A stretch of 64,000 nt of DNA from an uncultured bacterium (GTDB taxonomy: Bacteria > Vulcanimicrobiota > CADAWZ01), in contig CASEKF010000036.1 of the NCBI GenBank assembly GCA_949288455.1, positions 12,435 to 76,434 on the forward strand. The letters run 5' to 3'. This document shows, piece by piece, positions 1 to 9,146 of the stretch (positions are counted from its first letter, which is position 1; every line of letters begins with the position of its first letter). The notes below the pieces were generated by a model. That model was not told where the DNA came from, did no database searches, and worked only from the letters and a program-made list of their open reading frames with translations. The translations under genes were made by a program, and so were the position numbers.

Positions 1-321
1 GCTCTAACTTTATCGAGAGAACTTTGGGAAATCAAAGGACGACCGCCTTTGATAGCGATAGACGGAACTTGGAAACAAGCGGCCAGAGTCGCTTCTAAAC
101 TAAAAAAAACGTCTTCAAGCGAAAACTTTGTAAAACTTAGAGGAAATTTCAAATCTTTTTACAGACTTAGAAATTCGGGTATGGCAAATAGACTTTGCAC
201 AGGAGAAGCCATATCTGAGGCTCTTAAAATACTTGGAGAAGACGCTGAAAAAATAGATATGGGATTAAGTCTGTTTATTGAAAAAAACCTGAAGCTGCGA
301 GGCAAACTTAATAAAATCTAA
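1..321 (+). CDS. DTW-domain protein (tRNA-uridine aminocarboxypropyltransferase-like), C-terminal fragment; 5' end lies outside the window
   Basis: Frame 1 is open from base 1. The translation contains LIAIDGTWKQA, which is the DTW motif that names the family. Stop at 319-321. The ORF-track Met at 49 is internal. Confidence 0.55.
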   Translation, partial: ALTLSRELWEIKGRPPLIAIDGTWKQAARVASKLKKTSSSENFVKLRGNFKSFYRLRNSGMANRLCTGEAISEALKILGEDAEKIDMGLSLFIEKNLKLRGKLNKI

Positions 322-386
322 AAGTTTTTTTCATAGCGACATACTCTTAACGCAAACAAACGCGAATTTTCTCCTAGAACAGACAA

Positions 387-444
387 AAAGACCTTCCGCC
401 GACTAAGCTTCCAAAAGGAGCTTAGTCGGCGGAAGGTCTTTTAA
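387..444. terminator. Bidirectional rho-independent terminator between convergent DTW gene and rng
   Basis: Perfect inverted repeat aagaccttccgccgactaagc / gcttagtcggcggaaggtctt with a short loop. Flanked by A-run on one side and T-run on the other. Confidence 0.65.
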
Positions 445-2129
445 TCTTTTATCACCGCAGTCGCAACGTTTTCTGAAACGGACGTTATATAAACTCCAAG
501 ATTTTCTCCTACTCTATTTCCGGCGCCTTTAACGTCTACAAGAGTTCTGCCGCATACTCCCATACCGTCGGTAACGTCAATGCCAAAAACGTCGATAATG
601 TCTACGTTTATGTTTTCGCCAATCTGAAGTATCGGAAGATATTTATATACGTTTTTCTCGCTTACGCCTTCTACTTTTATTTTTTCTAAATGAAGATCTA
701 AATTAGCCCTTAGGATAATCCTCTTTCCCGTAATTTTCTCAAGTCTTTCTACTCCTTCGCCTTCATAGCCTAAAAGCTCTACCGTAAGCTTAGGATGAGT
801 TTCGACTATTAAAGTTTCATAATGAGTTTCAGACGCCGTCTTTTTAACTTCTCGCTCGCATTTAAGCCTCATGGAAGTTATTGAATATATTCTGCCTCTT
901 CCGTTGCAGTAAGGACAGGAAGACCGCAGATATTCGTCAAGATCTTTATTAACTCTTTTTCTTGTTATCTGTACTAATCCAAGCTCCGTCATTCCTACAA
1001 GATGAGTTTTAGTATGATCCTTTTTCAACTCGTTCTGAAGATGTTCCAGCAATTTTAGACGTTCTTCTTCCGTATCCATATCGATGAAATCTACGATGAT
1101 TATTCCTCCGATATCCCTAAGTCTAAGCTGTCTGGCTATCTCTGGCACAGCCTCCATATTTATTTTTAAAATAGTATCGCTCAAACTGTTTTTACCGACA
1201 TATTTTCCTGTATTTACGTCTATCACAGTCAAAGCTTCGGTCTTGTCTATTATAAGAAAACCTCCGGAATCCAGCCAAACTCTCCGCCTTAAAGCTTTTT
1301 CTATCTCCGTGTCCAAATTATAAGCGTCGAAAAGATCTTTATTCCCTGAATAAAGGACAACATGACTTTTCAACTCGGGAGAACTGATGTCCAAAATATC
1401 CATAATCTTATCATAATCAGGCTTAGAATCGACAATAAGCCTATTTATGTCTGCGGTAAAAAGATCTCGTACGATTTTCGAAACTAAAGTCAATTCTTGA
1501 TGTATTAAAAAAGGAGCTCTTTTTTTAGAAGCGCAAACGTTGATTTTCTCCCAAAGCTTGAGCAAATATTTAAAATCTTTTTCTAATTCCTGATGAGTTT
1601 TGCCTTCGGCGGCCGTCCTCACGATAATACCGTAATTTTCGCCCTTTATGCTTTCGGCGACTCTGCGCAGACGCTCTCGCTCGACTTCGTCTTCAATTCT
1701 TCTCGAAATTCCTACGTATTGGGCGAGAGGCAAAAACACAAGATATCTTCCCGGTAAAGTTATGTGAGTCGTAACTCTCGCTCCTTTCATGCCCCAGGAT
1801 TCTTTTGTCACCTGAACCATAGTCTCCTGATTTATTTTAACAAAATCTTTTATCGACATAGTTTTAAAATCTGCCGGAATATCTTCCCCTAACATTGCGG
1901 AGGCGTCGTCCATACACAGAAAAGCGTTTCTCTCTAACCCTATGTCGACGAAAGCGGCCTGCATACCGGGTAAAATATTAGCTACCTTACCTTTATATAT
2001 GCCTCCTATAAGACGATCTTCTCTGGAAATATAAATTTCCATTAATTTACCGTCTTCTATAACGGCCGCGCGAGTTTCGTTTTCGTCTATATTGACAAGA
2101 ATTTCTTTATACATAATCGCTAACCCCAC
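441..2129 (-). CDS. rng: Ribonuclease E/G family endoribonuclease (RNase G-like, 562 aa)
   Basis: N-terminal S1-like region followed by RNase E/G catalytic core pattern (…DIGLERNAFL…, long conserved core). The size suits RNase G rather than full RNase E. Overlaps upstream radical-SAM gene by 10 nt. Confidence 0.8.
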   Translation of the reverse strand: MGLAIMYKEILVNIDENETRAAVIEDGKLMEIYISREDRLIGGIYKGKVANILPGMQAAFVDIGLERNAFLCMDDASAMLGEDIPADFKTMSIKDFVKINQETMVQVTKESWGMKGARVTTHITLPGRYLVFLPLAQYVGISRRIEDEVERERLRRVAESIKGENYGIIVRTAAEGKTHQELEKDFKYLLKLWEKINVCASKKRAPFLIHQELTLVSKIVRDLFTADINRLIVDSKPDYDKIMDILDISSPELKSHVVLYSGNKDLFDAYNLDTEIEKALRRRVWLDSGGFLIIDKTEALTVIDVNTGKYVGKNSLSDTILKINMEAVPEIARQLRLRDIGGIIIVDFIDMDTEEERLKLLEHLQNELKKDHTKTHLVGMTELGLVQITRKRVNKDLDEYLRSSCPYCNGRGRIYSITSMRLKCEREVKKTASETHYETLIVETHPKLTVELLGYEGEGVERLEKITGKRIILRANLDLHLEKIKVEGVSEKNVYKYLPILQIGENINVDIIDVFGIDVTDGMGVCGRTLVDVKGAGNRVGENLGVYITSVSENVATAVIKD

Positions 2130-4642
2130 GGTTCAATTTGTTTTTTCCCATCCAATCGATACAAAGACAGCCTTTCTATAGTCCAACCTTTCGCGCCAAA
2201 TCCCTCCAACGAAAGAAAATCGGTTATTTCGGCAGGTCTAAGACTTCCTTGACGACATATAGAGGCGTCCAACAGAAAAACTTTATGTTCGGCGTCAAAC
2301 GAAAGACTACTGATATAAGGTCTTATATTTACAGTTTTATCTTTTCTGGAAACAAGCAGCTCTTCTCTACTATTAATTTCCATAATAATTTTTTTAGCTT
2401 TATCATCGTCGAAATAACCTTCCGGTTTCAAAAGCCAAACGGAACCGTCCATTATCTCAGTCACCGGCTTTTGATCTAAAGATATTTTCCTAACTTCTAA
2501 AATGTCAACGCCGCTACCTGACGCGCTTGCAAGTTTATTCTTAACAAGCTCCACGGGAATATTTTCGAGCAACTCAAGATCAATCCATTCGGAACGGCTT
2601 ATTATTCCAAGTCCCAAAGCAGGTCCTGGAACAAGCTTCATTCTAGGATGAAATCCTTTTGTGTAAGCTGCGGGCAATTCGGCTCTTCTTATGATCCTTT
2701 GAAAAGTTCTAAGCATATCCAGATGTGAAATAAGTCTGATTTCTTCATTTTTTGAATACTTTATCCTATATTTAGCCTCGGTCTTTCCGTTAAATAAAGG
2801 ATCTCCTATATCATAGTCGATATCGGAAATCTTTAAATCGGAAACTCGACTCTGTATAACCGGACGCACTTCAGAATCGCAGCAGCCGCAGCCCTTGCAA
2901 GAATTACGACAATCTTCAGTCACAACAGCTTCCGAGGCCTTTTTATATTCCTCTTTCAAAAAAGCCCTTAACTTAGGTTCGGTCATATAATCCCATGGCA
3001 AAGGTTCCAACGCGTCTCTGGAAACAGTATAAATATCAGGATCAATCCCGCAGTCTTTAAAAGCCTCCATCCATTTTGAAAACTTGAAGCAATCGCTCCA
3101 ACCGTCAAATCCGCAGCCTAATTCGAAAGCTTTAACTAACACTTTGGACAAGCGCCTGTCTCCTCTCGCAAAAACGGCTTCGAGAAAACTTAACTCAGGT
3201 TCATGAAATTTTAACGTTATTTTGCCATGTTTAAGCGTTCGTTTTAACTTCGCCTGAATTTCTCTAATAGCCGCTATATTAATAAATTTGGCGCGCTGAA
3301 AAGGCGTTTGAGGTTTAGGCACAAAGGAAGAAAACGACAAAGTTAACCTAAGCCCGGTTTCCCTTAAGATTTTCCATACTAAACTTATAATGCCGTCTAT
3401 ATCAGAATCGTCTTCAAAAGGAAGACCTATAAGAAAATAGAGCTTCAGCGCCGTCCAACCGGCGGCTTTAGCGTCTTTGGCTATCGCAAGGACGTCGTCT
3501 TCGCTGCTGCCTTTATTTACTACGGCTCTCATCTTGGCCGTTCCTACTTCAGGCGCAAACGTAAGCGAAGAACGCCGAAATTTTTGCACCAAGCCGGCTA
3601 ATTCCAGAGAAAAAGCGTCGGTTCTTAAACTTGGAAGAGACAATTCGATATATTTGTCTCTATAGCGCTTTTGAATTTTCGAAATTAAGCGAGCTATCTG
3701 AGAATGATCCGTACAGGAAAGAGATACTAAAGACGCCTCTTCATACCCTGAATGTTTGACCGATTCTTCAAGAAGAGAGAGTAATTTCCCAACGCTTCTC
3801 TCTCTGACGGGCCTATAGTAAAAACTTGCCTGACAAAATCGGCATCCTCTAGTACAGCCCCTAGATATTTCCAACATTATCCTATCATGAATCGTCTCTA
3901 TATAATTAACGGGAGAGGCGCATGGGAAAAAGGCGTCGTCTAACGACGCGATTATTCTCCTTGATATAAATTCGGGAGTATCGGCATGTAAAGACTCCAA
4001 TTTTAAAAACCTGCCTGAATCGTCGTATGCGGGCCTATAAAAGGACGGAACGTATACTCCCTTAATTTTGGAAGCTTCAGAGAGAAAATGCGATTTATCG
4101 CGAGATGATTTTTTGCACGCGGCTAATAAATCGGCGACTTCAACTACCGCTTCTTCGCCGTCTCCAACTATAAACAAATCAAAAAAATCAGCTATCGGCT
4201 CAGGGTTAAAAGTACAAGATCCTCCTCCTATAACTAAAGGAAAAGAATCGTCTCTATCTTTGGAGTATAAAGGGATACCCGCCAAATTAAGAGTCGTCAA
4301 TATGTTGGAATAACACATTTCATAAGGTAAAGTAAACCCTAATATATCAAATTCTTTCAAAGGCTTTTTCAAATTAAGAGAAAAAAGCGAAACTTCATTT
4401 TCCTTTAATTTTTCGATTAAATCGATCCAAGGCACAAAAACTCTATCTACGAGATACGACTCATTTTGTTCCAAAACTCCGGCTATAATCTTTAAACCTA
4501 ATCCGGATTGCCCTATTTCATACGTATCTGGAAAGGCCAGAGCTATTTTTAAGTCGGATTTTTCCCAATCTCTATGTTTTAAATTATATTCGGCTCCTAT
4601 ATATCTGCCCGGTTTTTCACATAATTCAAATATTTTATCCAT
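2120..4642 (-). CDS. Radical SAM protein fused to a C-terminal DUF2344-like domain (TIGR03960/TIGR03936-type fusion)
   Basis: CTRGCRFC radical-SAM cysteine motif. Large two-domain protein commonly found immediately upstream of rng in Firmicutes-like genomes. Start trimmed to the internal Met (MDKIFELCEKPGRYIG) at 4642 because the ORF-track start at 4798 runs into the RNase P RNA gene. Confidence 0.7.
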   Translation of the reverse strand: MDKIFELCEKPGRYIGAEYNLKHRDWEKSDLKIALAFPDTYEIGQSGLGLKIIAGVLEQNESYLVDRVFVPWIDLIEKLKENEVSLFSLNLKKPLKEFDILGFTLPYEMCYSNILTTLNLAGIPLYSKDRDDSFPLVIGGGSCTFNPEPIADFFDLFIVGDGEEAVVEVADLLAACKKSSRDKSHFLSEASKIKGVYVPSFYRPAYDDSGRFLKLESLHADTPEFISRRIIASLDDAFFPCASPVNYIETIHDRIMLEISRGCTRGCRFCQASFYYRPVRERSVGKLLSLLEESVKHSGYEEASLVSLSCTDHSQIARLISKIQKRYRDKYIELSLPSLRTDAFSLELAGLVQKFRRSSLTFAPEVGTAKMRAVVNKGSSEDDVLAIAKDAKAAGWTALKLYFLIGLPFEDDSDIDGIISLVWKILRETGLRLTLSFSSFVPKPQTPFQRAKFINIAAIREIQAKLKRTLKHGKITLKFHEPELSFLEAVFARGDRRLSKVLVKAFELGCGFDGWSDCFKFSKWMEAFKDCGIDPDIYTVSRDALEPLPWDYMTEPKLRAFLKEEYKKASEAVVTEDCRNSCKGCGCCDSEVRPVIQSRVSDLKISDIDYDIGDPLFNGKTEAKYRIKYSKNEEIRLISHLDMLRTFQRIIRRAELPAAYTKGFHPRMKLVPGPALGLGIISRSEWIDLELLENIPVELVKNKLASASGSGVDILEVRKISLDQKPVTEIMDGSVWLLKPEGYFDDDKAKKIIMEINSREELLVSRKDKTVNIRPYISSLSFDAEHKVFLLDASICRQGSLRPAEITDFLSLEGFGAKGWTIERLSLYRLDGKKQIEPWG

Positions 4643-4753
4643 AAATACAAACAAACTTTCTTTATAAAAATGTAATTTTATATAATATTTTAAATATTTT
4701 ACAAAATCGCAAAAAAATTGACAGGATATCATTAAAAATAATATGATATAGTC

Positions 4754-5127
4754 AAAGAGCAGAGCGAGCGATCGCGTAAGCGCAGAATGTAAGCGCATAT
4801 GAGGAAAGTCCGGGCTCCATAGGGCGGAATGCCGGATAACGTCCGGTAGAGGCGACTCTCAGGATAGCGCAACAGAAATAAAACCGCCGATATTTTCGGT
4901 AAGGGTGAAACGGCGAGGTAAGAGCTCACCGGCGACGCAGTAATGCTTCGGCCAGGCAAACCCCATTCGGAGCAAGACCTAATAGGAAACGGAGAAATCC
5001 ATCGGCTGCCCGTCGAATGTTTCGGGTACGGTCGCTAAAGATTGAAAGTAATTTCAATCTCAGATAAATGATCGCTGCCTTTTTGCTACAAAAGGATACA
5101 GAACCCGGCTTACAGCTCTGCTCTTTC
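4754..5127 (+). ncRNA. rnpB: RNase P RNA, bacterial type
   Basis: Universal motifs GAGGAAAGTCCGGGCTCCATAGGGC and GGGTGAAACGGCGAGGTAAGAGCTCACC, plus ACAGAACCCGGCTTA. P1 helix aaagagcagagc (4754-4765) pairs with gctctgctcttt (5115-5126). There is no credible protein in this gap; the ORF-track ORFs 4732..4959 and 4926..5150 are spurious. Confidence 0.88.
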
Positions 5128-5143
5128 GATCTATATGAATCGT

Positions 5144-5194
5144 TTGACAAACGCTAATTATAGCGACTTAAATAGTTATAATTAGCGTTTGTCT
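5144..5194. terminator. Bidirectional terminator (rnpB downstream / PASTA gene downstream)
   Basis: Perfect 15-bp inverted repeat gacaaacgctaatta … taattagcgtttgtc with an 18-nt loop. Confidence 0.5.
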
Positions 5195-5196
5195 CC

Positions 5197-6480
5197 TTAT
5201 TCGCCATGCGGCGAAGGATAACTGCCGGATATCCCATTTTCTTGATTAGGGACTCCGTTAACTTCCCCGCTAACCTCCCCGCTCACTTCAGAAGATAAAG
5301 AAACGGTCAAATTTATAGCCGTACCCTCGGGAACCCATACCCCTCCTTCGGGCAACTGATCTATAACCACTTCAGAATCCATATCTCCGGCGTCCTCATA
5401 TATAATGTCTTCTATTACAAGGCCTGCGGCCGCAGCTATAGAATCAGCTTCCGAAAGACGCTTTCCATACAAAGACGGAACTAAAATTAATTTTTCTACG
5501 CTTATATTTATAACCGTTCCTAACGGCGCAATACCGGACTCGGGTTTCTGTCCTTGTATAACCGCGCCTTGATAAAGACCTTCGGGAACAGATAAAGCGA
5601 ATCCGCACGCCTCGGCCATTTCTTTTGCTTCGGCTACGGTTATTCCTATTAAATTTGGAATACTAGCCTCTCCCTCCTTAACTTCTCCGTTGATTCCGCT
5701 TATAGTAAGACTAACGAAAGTCGAATTAGAAAAAGAGCTGCCGGGAGATACGCTCTGAGAAATTACGACTCCTTCTCGTATAGTTTTCGACTGGATATAA
5801 CTCTTATCAAACTTAACTCCAAGAGAATTTAGAATACCTTCCGCTTCTCTCTCGGCAAGCCCTTTAAGATCCGGAAATTTAGGAGAGTCTGCCCCGATTC
5901 TGCTAACGGATAAAGTTACCAAAGAATCAGACGGAATTACGGCTGAATGTTCCGGAGTCTGTTTTATAACTAAACCGGGAGGAGTGGAAGAAGACGATTC
6001 CTGAATTATACGGACTTTAGTTATTCCAACTCTATTTAATAAAGAAACGGCCGACTTAGACGTAAGATTTGAAACGTCGGGCATTTTCACAGTTTTTTTG
6101 CCTTTGCTCACTATAACGTATATTATTCTGCCATGTTTTACATATGAATTCGCTTTTGGCTCCTGTTCCAGAATAATTCCCGGTACTTTATCGTTATACG
6201 CTTCGCCTTCCAGACTCAAAGACAAACCTAGCTTAACGGCCGATTTTTGAGCTTCGGCAAAAGACATGCCCACGAAATCAGGAGTCTCTATATCTTCTCC
6301 GCCGCTAATGGCGGCATATAAGCGAATCGCGGCAAAAACAAGAGCTAAACCGATAAAAATGCAAAGAGCAGCAACAAGTTTTAAGTGAGTTAAATCTCTA
6401 TTAATAGTTTTAGAATTTTTCGCACTGCTTTTATCTGATGTATAAACTTTTTTATTAGCCATTAAAATTTCCCGCGACAT
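5197..6480 (-). CDS. PASTA-domain membrane protein (N-terminal TM anchor, multiple extracellular PASTA repeats, Gly/Ser/Glu-rich C-terminus); no kinase domain
   Basis: Single TM (LVAALCIFIGLALVFAAI). Repeated ~65-aa modules with PASTA-like G…S…V/I patterns. Confidence 0.6.
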   Translation of the reverse strand: MSREILMANKKVYTSDKSSAKNSKTINRDLTHLKLVAALCIFIGLALVFAAIRLYAAISGGEDIETPDFVGMSFAEAQKSAVKLGLSLSLEGEAYNDKVPGIILEQEPKANSYVKHGRIIYVIVSKGKKTVKMPDVSNLTSKSAVSLLNRVGITKVRIIQESSSSTPPGLVIKQTPEHSAVIPSDSLVTLSVSRIGADSPKFPDLKGLAEREAEGILNSLGVKFDKSYIQSKTIREGVVISQSVSPGSSFSNSTFVSLTISGINGEVKEGEASIPNLIGITVAEAKEMAEACGFALSVPEGLYQGAVIQGQKPESGIAPLGTVINISVEKLILVPSLYGKRLSEADSIAAAAGLVIEDIIYEDAGDMDSEVVIDQLPEGGVWVPEGTAINLTVSLSSEVSGEVSGEVNGVPNQENGISGSYPSPHGE

Positions 6481-6485
6481 CCAAT

Positions 6486-6944
6486 TTATTTACAGTTTCT
6501 AAGTTCATCTAGAGAAACCTTCCATACCCCGTATTCTCGCTTAAATGCGAAACCGTCGTGAGTATTTTTGACGCAGACTACGGCTCTATCTCCATAGACG
6601 GATACGCTTACTACGTCTAAAGCTCGCTTTTTTGTATTAGCCGGATAAGTTTTTTCCATAAGAAGACCGAAAGTAGCTTTGGCGTCCATATTCTCAAAAT
6701 TTTTTACGTCTTCCACAAAAGACTCCAAGCTTTCAGGCTCTAACTCATAAAGCGTTATAAACCTGACGCGTATCGTTTCAAAAAAATCGCGATCTTCCCT
6801 CGATAAAAGTTTCCAAAGATTATCCCAATCTTTATAAGCCACATATGTTTGAAACTTATACAAAACTTCATCCGGAGTATCCAAGCATCCGGTTAAACAT
6901 AAAACGGAAAAAAGAAGCAGGCCATAAACGAAACGTCGTATCAT
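6486..6944 (-). CDS. Hypothetical lipoprotein
   Basis: Signal peptide with lipobox-like LTGC. Small secreted protein. 5 nt downstream of the PASTA gene start, so probably co-transcribed. Confidence 0.45.
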   Translation of the reverse strand: MIRRFVYGLLLFSVLCLTGCLDTPDEVLYKFQTYVAYKDWDNLWKLLSREDRDFFETIRVRFITLYELEPESLESFVEDVKNFENMDAKATFGLLMEKTYPANTKKRALDVVSVSVYGDRAVVCVKNTHDGFAFKREYGVWKVSLDELRNCK

Positions 6945-7153
6945 TATTTCCGCCTAATAAAATTATATAGATTTCAACGCAATAAAACTCAAAAACTCTA
7001 CAAATTGTTATTCTTCTTCAAAGATTAAAACACATCCTTTTTCAACTATTCCAAATAAAAACTAAATTTTAAGCTGGGAATAATTAATAAAAGGATATTT
7101 AACAGGTTAACAGAAATATATTTGCCAAAATCACGCTAAAGGAACATAATATT

Positions 7154-8179
7154 ATGGAAACGACGATAATTATATGCATCGTTATAATTCTTCTCTCTTT
7201 AATATTTGACTATATTAACGGCTTCCATGATACCGCAAACGCTATAGCTACCGTGGTATCGACAAGAGTGCTTTCTCCTAAAGCGGCTATTATTATGGCG
7301 GCGGGCTTAAACTTATTAGGAGCCCTGATAGGCACTAACGTAGCTAAAACGATAAGCGATGGCATTTTAGATATGGAAATTTTAAATAATTCCCAAATAA
7401 TAATACTATCGGCTATCGTAGGGGCTATAGTATGGAATATTATAACTTGGATTTTAGGTCTTCCCAGCAGCTCGTCGCATGCTCTCATAGGAGGGCTTAT
7501 AGGTTCCGGAACGGTATACGGATTATATCATGGATTAGACATCAACGTCTTTCTAAAAATTCAATCGATTACGGAGAAAGTAATTATACCCCTATTCGCT
7601 TCTCCTCTTATAGGTTTTGGAGCGGGATTTATACTTATGTCGGCCCTCTGTTGGATAGTTTATAAAATTCACCCTGTAAAAATCAAACATATATTTGCCA
7701 AACTTCAAATATTATCGTCCGCGTTAATGGCTTTAACGCATGGAATGAACGACGCTCAAAAATCTATGGGAATAATAACTATGTCTCTTTTCCTCTCGGG
7801 ATTTATCGGAGCCGCGGAAGTCCCAACTTGGGTAAAAATCGCCTGCGCCGTAACAATGGCTATAGGCACGGCCTCAGGAGGTTGGAGAATAATAAAAACC
7901 ATGGGACATAAAATATTTAAGCTTGAAACTATTCATGGATTCGCGGCTGAAAGTACGGCGGCAGGAGTAATCTTTACGGCCAGTATGCTTGGAGCTCCTA
8001 TAAGTACCACTCATATTATCTCTTCCAGCATACTAGGAGTAGGATCTACAAAACGTCTAAGCGCGGTAAGGTGGGGAATCGCCGGAAATATCGTCGCCGC
8101 CTGGATCTTAACTATTCCGGCCTCAGCTCTCATCAGCGCGATCGTTCTATGGACGCTTCGCCTATTTCATCTAGCTTGA
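7154..8179 (+). CDS. pit: Inorganic phosphate transporter, PiT family
   Basis: Signature GFHDTANAIATVVSTR near the N-terminus and its repeat GMNDAQKSMGII in the second half. Polytopic membrane protein. Confidence 0.85.
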   Translation: METTIIICIVIILLSLIFDYINGFHDTANAIATVVSTRVLSPKAAIIMAAGLNLLGALIGTNVAKTISDGILDMEILNNSQIIILSAIVGAIVWNIITWILGLPSSSSHALIGGLIGSGTVYGLYHGLDINVFLKIQSITEKVIIPLFASPLIGFGAGFILMSALCWIVYKIHPVKIKHIFAKLQILSSALMALTHGMNDAQKSMGIITMSLFLSGFIGAAEVPTWVKIACAVTMAIGTASGGWRIIKTMGHKIFKLETIHGFAAESTAAGVIFTASMLGAPISTTHIISSSILGVGSTKRLSAVRWGIAGNIVAAWILTIPASALISAIVLWTLRLFHLA

Positions 8180-8281
8180 AAACAAGATAAAAATCATAAT
8201 TTCTTAGGAACGTTATCTTTAATAATTTGCTCCTAAATCTTTTAAAAACGCTATTCCAAATATTATTCGGGAGACACGACA

Positions 8282-9133
8282 ATGAAGTTAACTGAAATAT
8301 ATTCAAGCGGCAAAACCCGTTTTTCACTCGAAGTATTTCCCCCAAAAGAAAATAAAAATAAAGAAAACGATCTTCTATCGACTCTGCGGGAACTTGAAAG
8401 ATTCCGTCCTGCGCTAGTGTCCGTAACTTACGGAGCCGGAGGCTCTTCCAGAGAAAAATCGGCAGGCCTTGTAAAAAGAATCAACAACGAAGCAAAGCTT
8501 ACGCCTATGCCTCACTTTACCTGCGTATGTTCAAATACGCAATTCATAGAAAGCTATTTGAAAGAACTTGAACGGGAAGGCGTTGAAAATATTTTAGCTT
8601 TAAAAGGCGACCCTCCGAAGGGTTTTAACGACGAAGAAGCTTTCAGCCATGCAGACGAACTGGTCGCCTTTATCAAAGACAAAACAAACTTATCGATAGC
8701 GGTAGCGGGGTATCCGGAATGCCACAAAGACGCAAAAGACTTTGACTCTGATATCTATTTTCTAAAAAAGAAAATAGATTGCGGAGCCTGCGCTATATTC
8801 ACTCAGCTTTTTTTTGACAACAAAAAATTTTTCGCATATTTGGAGAAAGTTAAAAAAGCAAACATAAACGTACCAGTCATCCCCGGAATTTTACCCGTAA
8901 AAAATATCGCTCAGCTACAAAAAATGACGATAATGTGCGGAGCTTCCATTCCCTTGGATATGCTTCATAAATACGAACGATTTGAAGATAACTCCGAGGA
9001 TTCGATAAAATTAGGGATAGAAATAGCTATAAAACAAATCGAAGAATTAATCGACAACGGCGCGAACGGAATTCATCTTTATACGTTAAATCAACGCCGC
9101 ATGACCTATGAAATTTTGCAACATTTTAATTAA
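8282..9133 (+). CDS. metF: 5,10-methylenetetrahydrofolate reductase
   Basis: FSLEVFPPK … LRELERFRPALVSVTYGAGGSSRE is a typical MetF N-terminal motif. The size (283 aa) fits. Confidence 0.85.
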   Translation: MKLTEIYSSGKTRFSLEVFPPKENKNKENDLLSTLRELERFRPALVSVTYGAGGSSREKSAGLVKRINNEAKLTPMPHFTCVCSNTQFIESYLKELEREGVENILALKGDPPKGFNDEEAFSHADELVAFIKDKTNLSIAVAGYPECHKDAKDFDSDIYFLKKKIDCGACAIFTQLFFDNKKFFAYLEKVKKANINVPVIPGILPVKNIAQLQKMTIMCGASIPLDMLHKYERFEDNSEDSIKLGIEIAIKQIEELIDNGANGIHLYTLNQRRMTYEILQHFN

Positions 9134-9146
9134 CGGAGACTTTACC

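Noticed and set aside
1084-4313. Short antisense ORFs inside rng and the radical-SAM gene (1084..1323, 2138..2479, 3477..3665, 4068..4313)
   Set aside because: These are shadow ORFs embedded in strongly supported long CDSs on the opposite strand, with low-complexity translations.
4732-5150. Two small minus-strand ORFs (4732..4959, 4926..5150) from the ORF track
   Set aside because: They lie entirely within the rnpB RNA gene. They have no RBS and non-protein-like composition.
8133-8345. 70-aa minus-strand ORF bridging the pit-metF intergenic region
   Set aside because: It overlaps the 3' end of pit and the metF start region. There is no RBS, and the composition is typical of a spurious AT-rich ORF.
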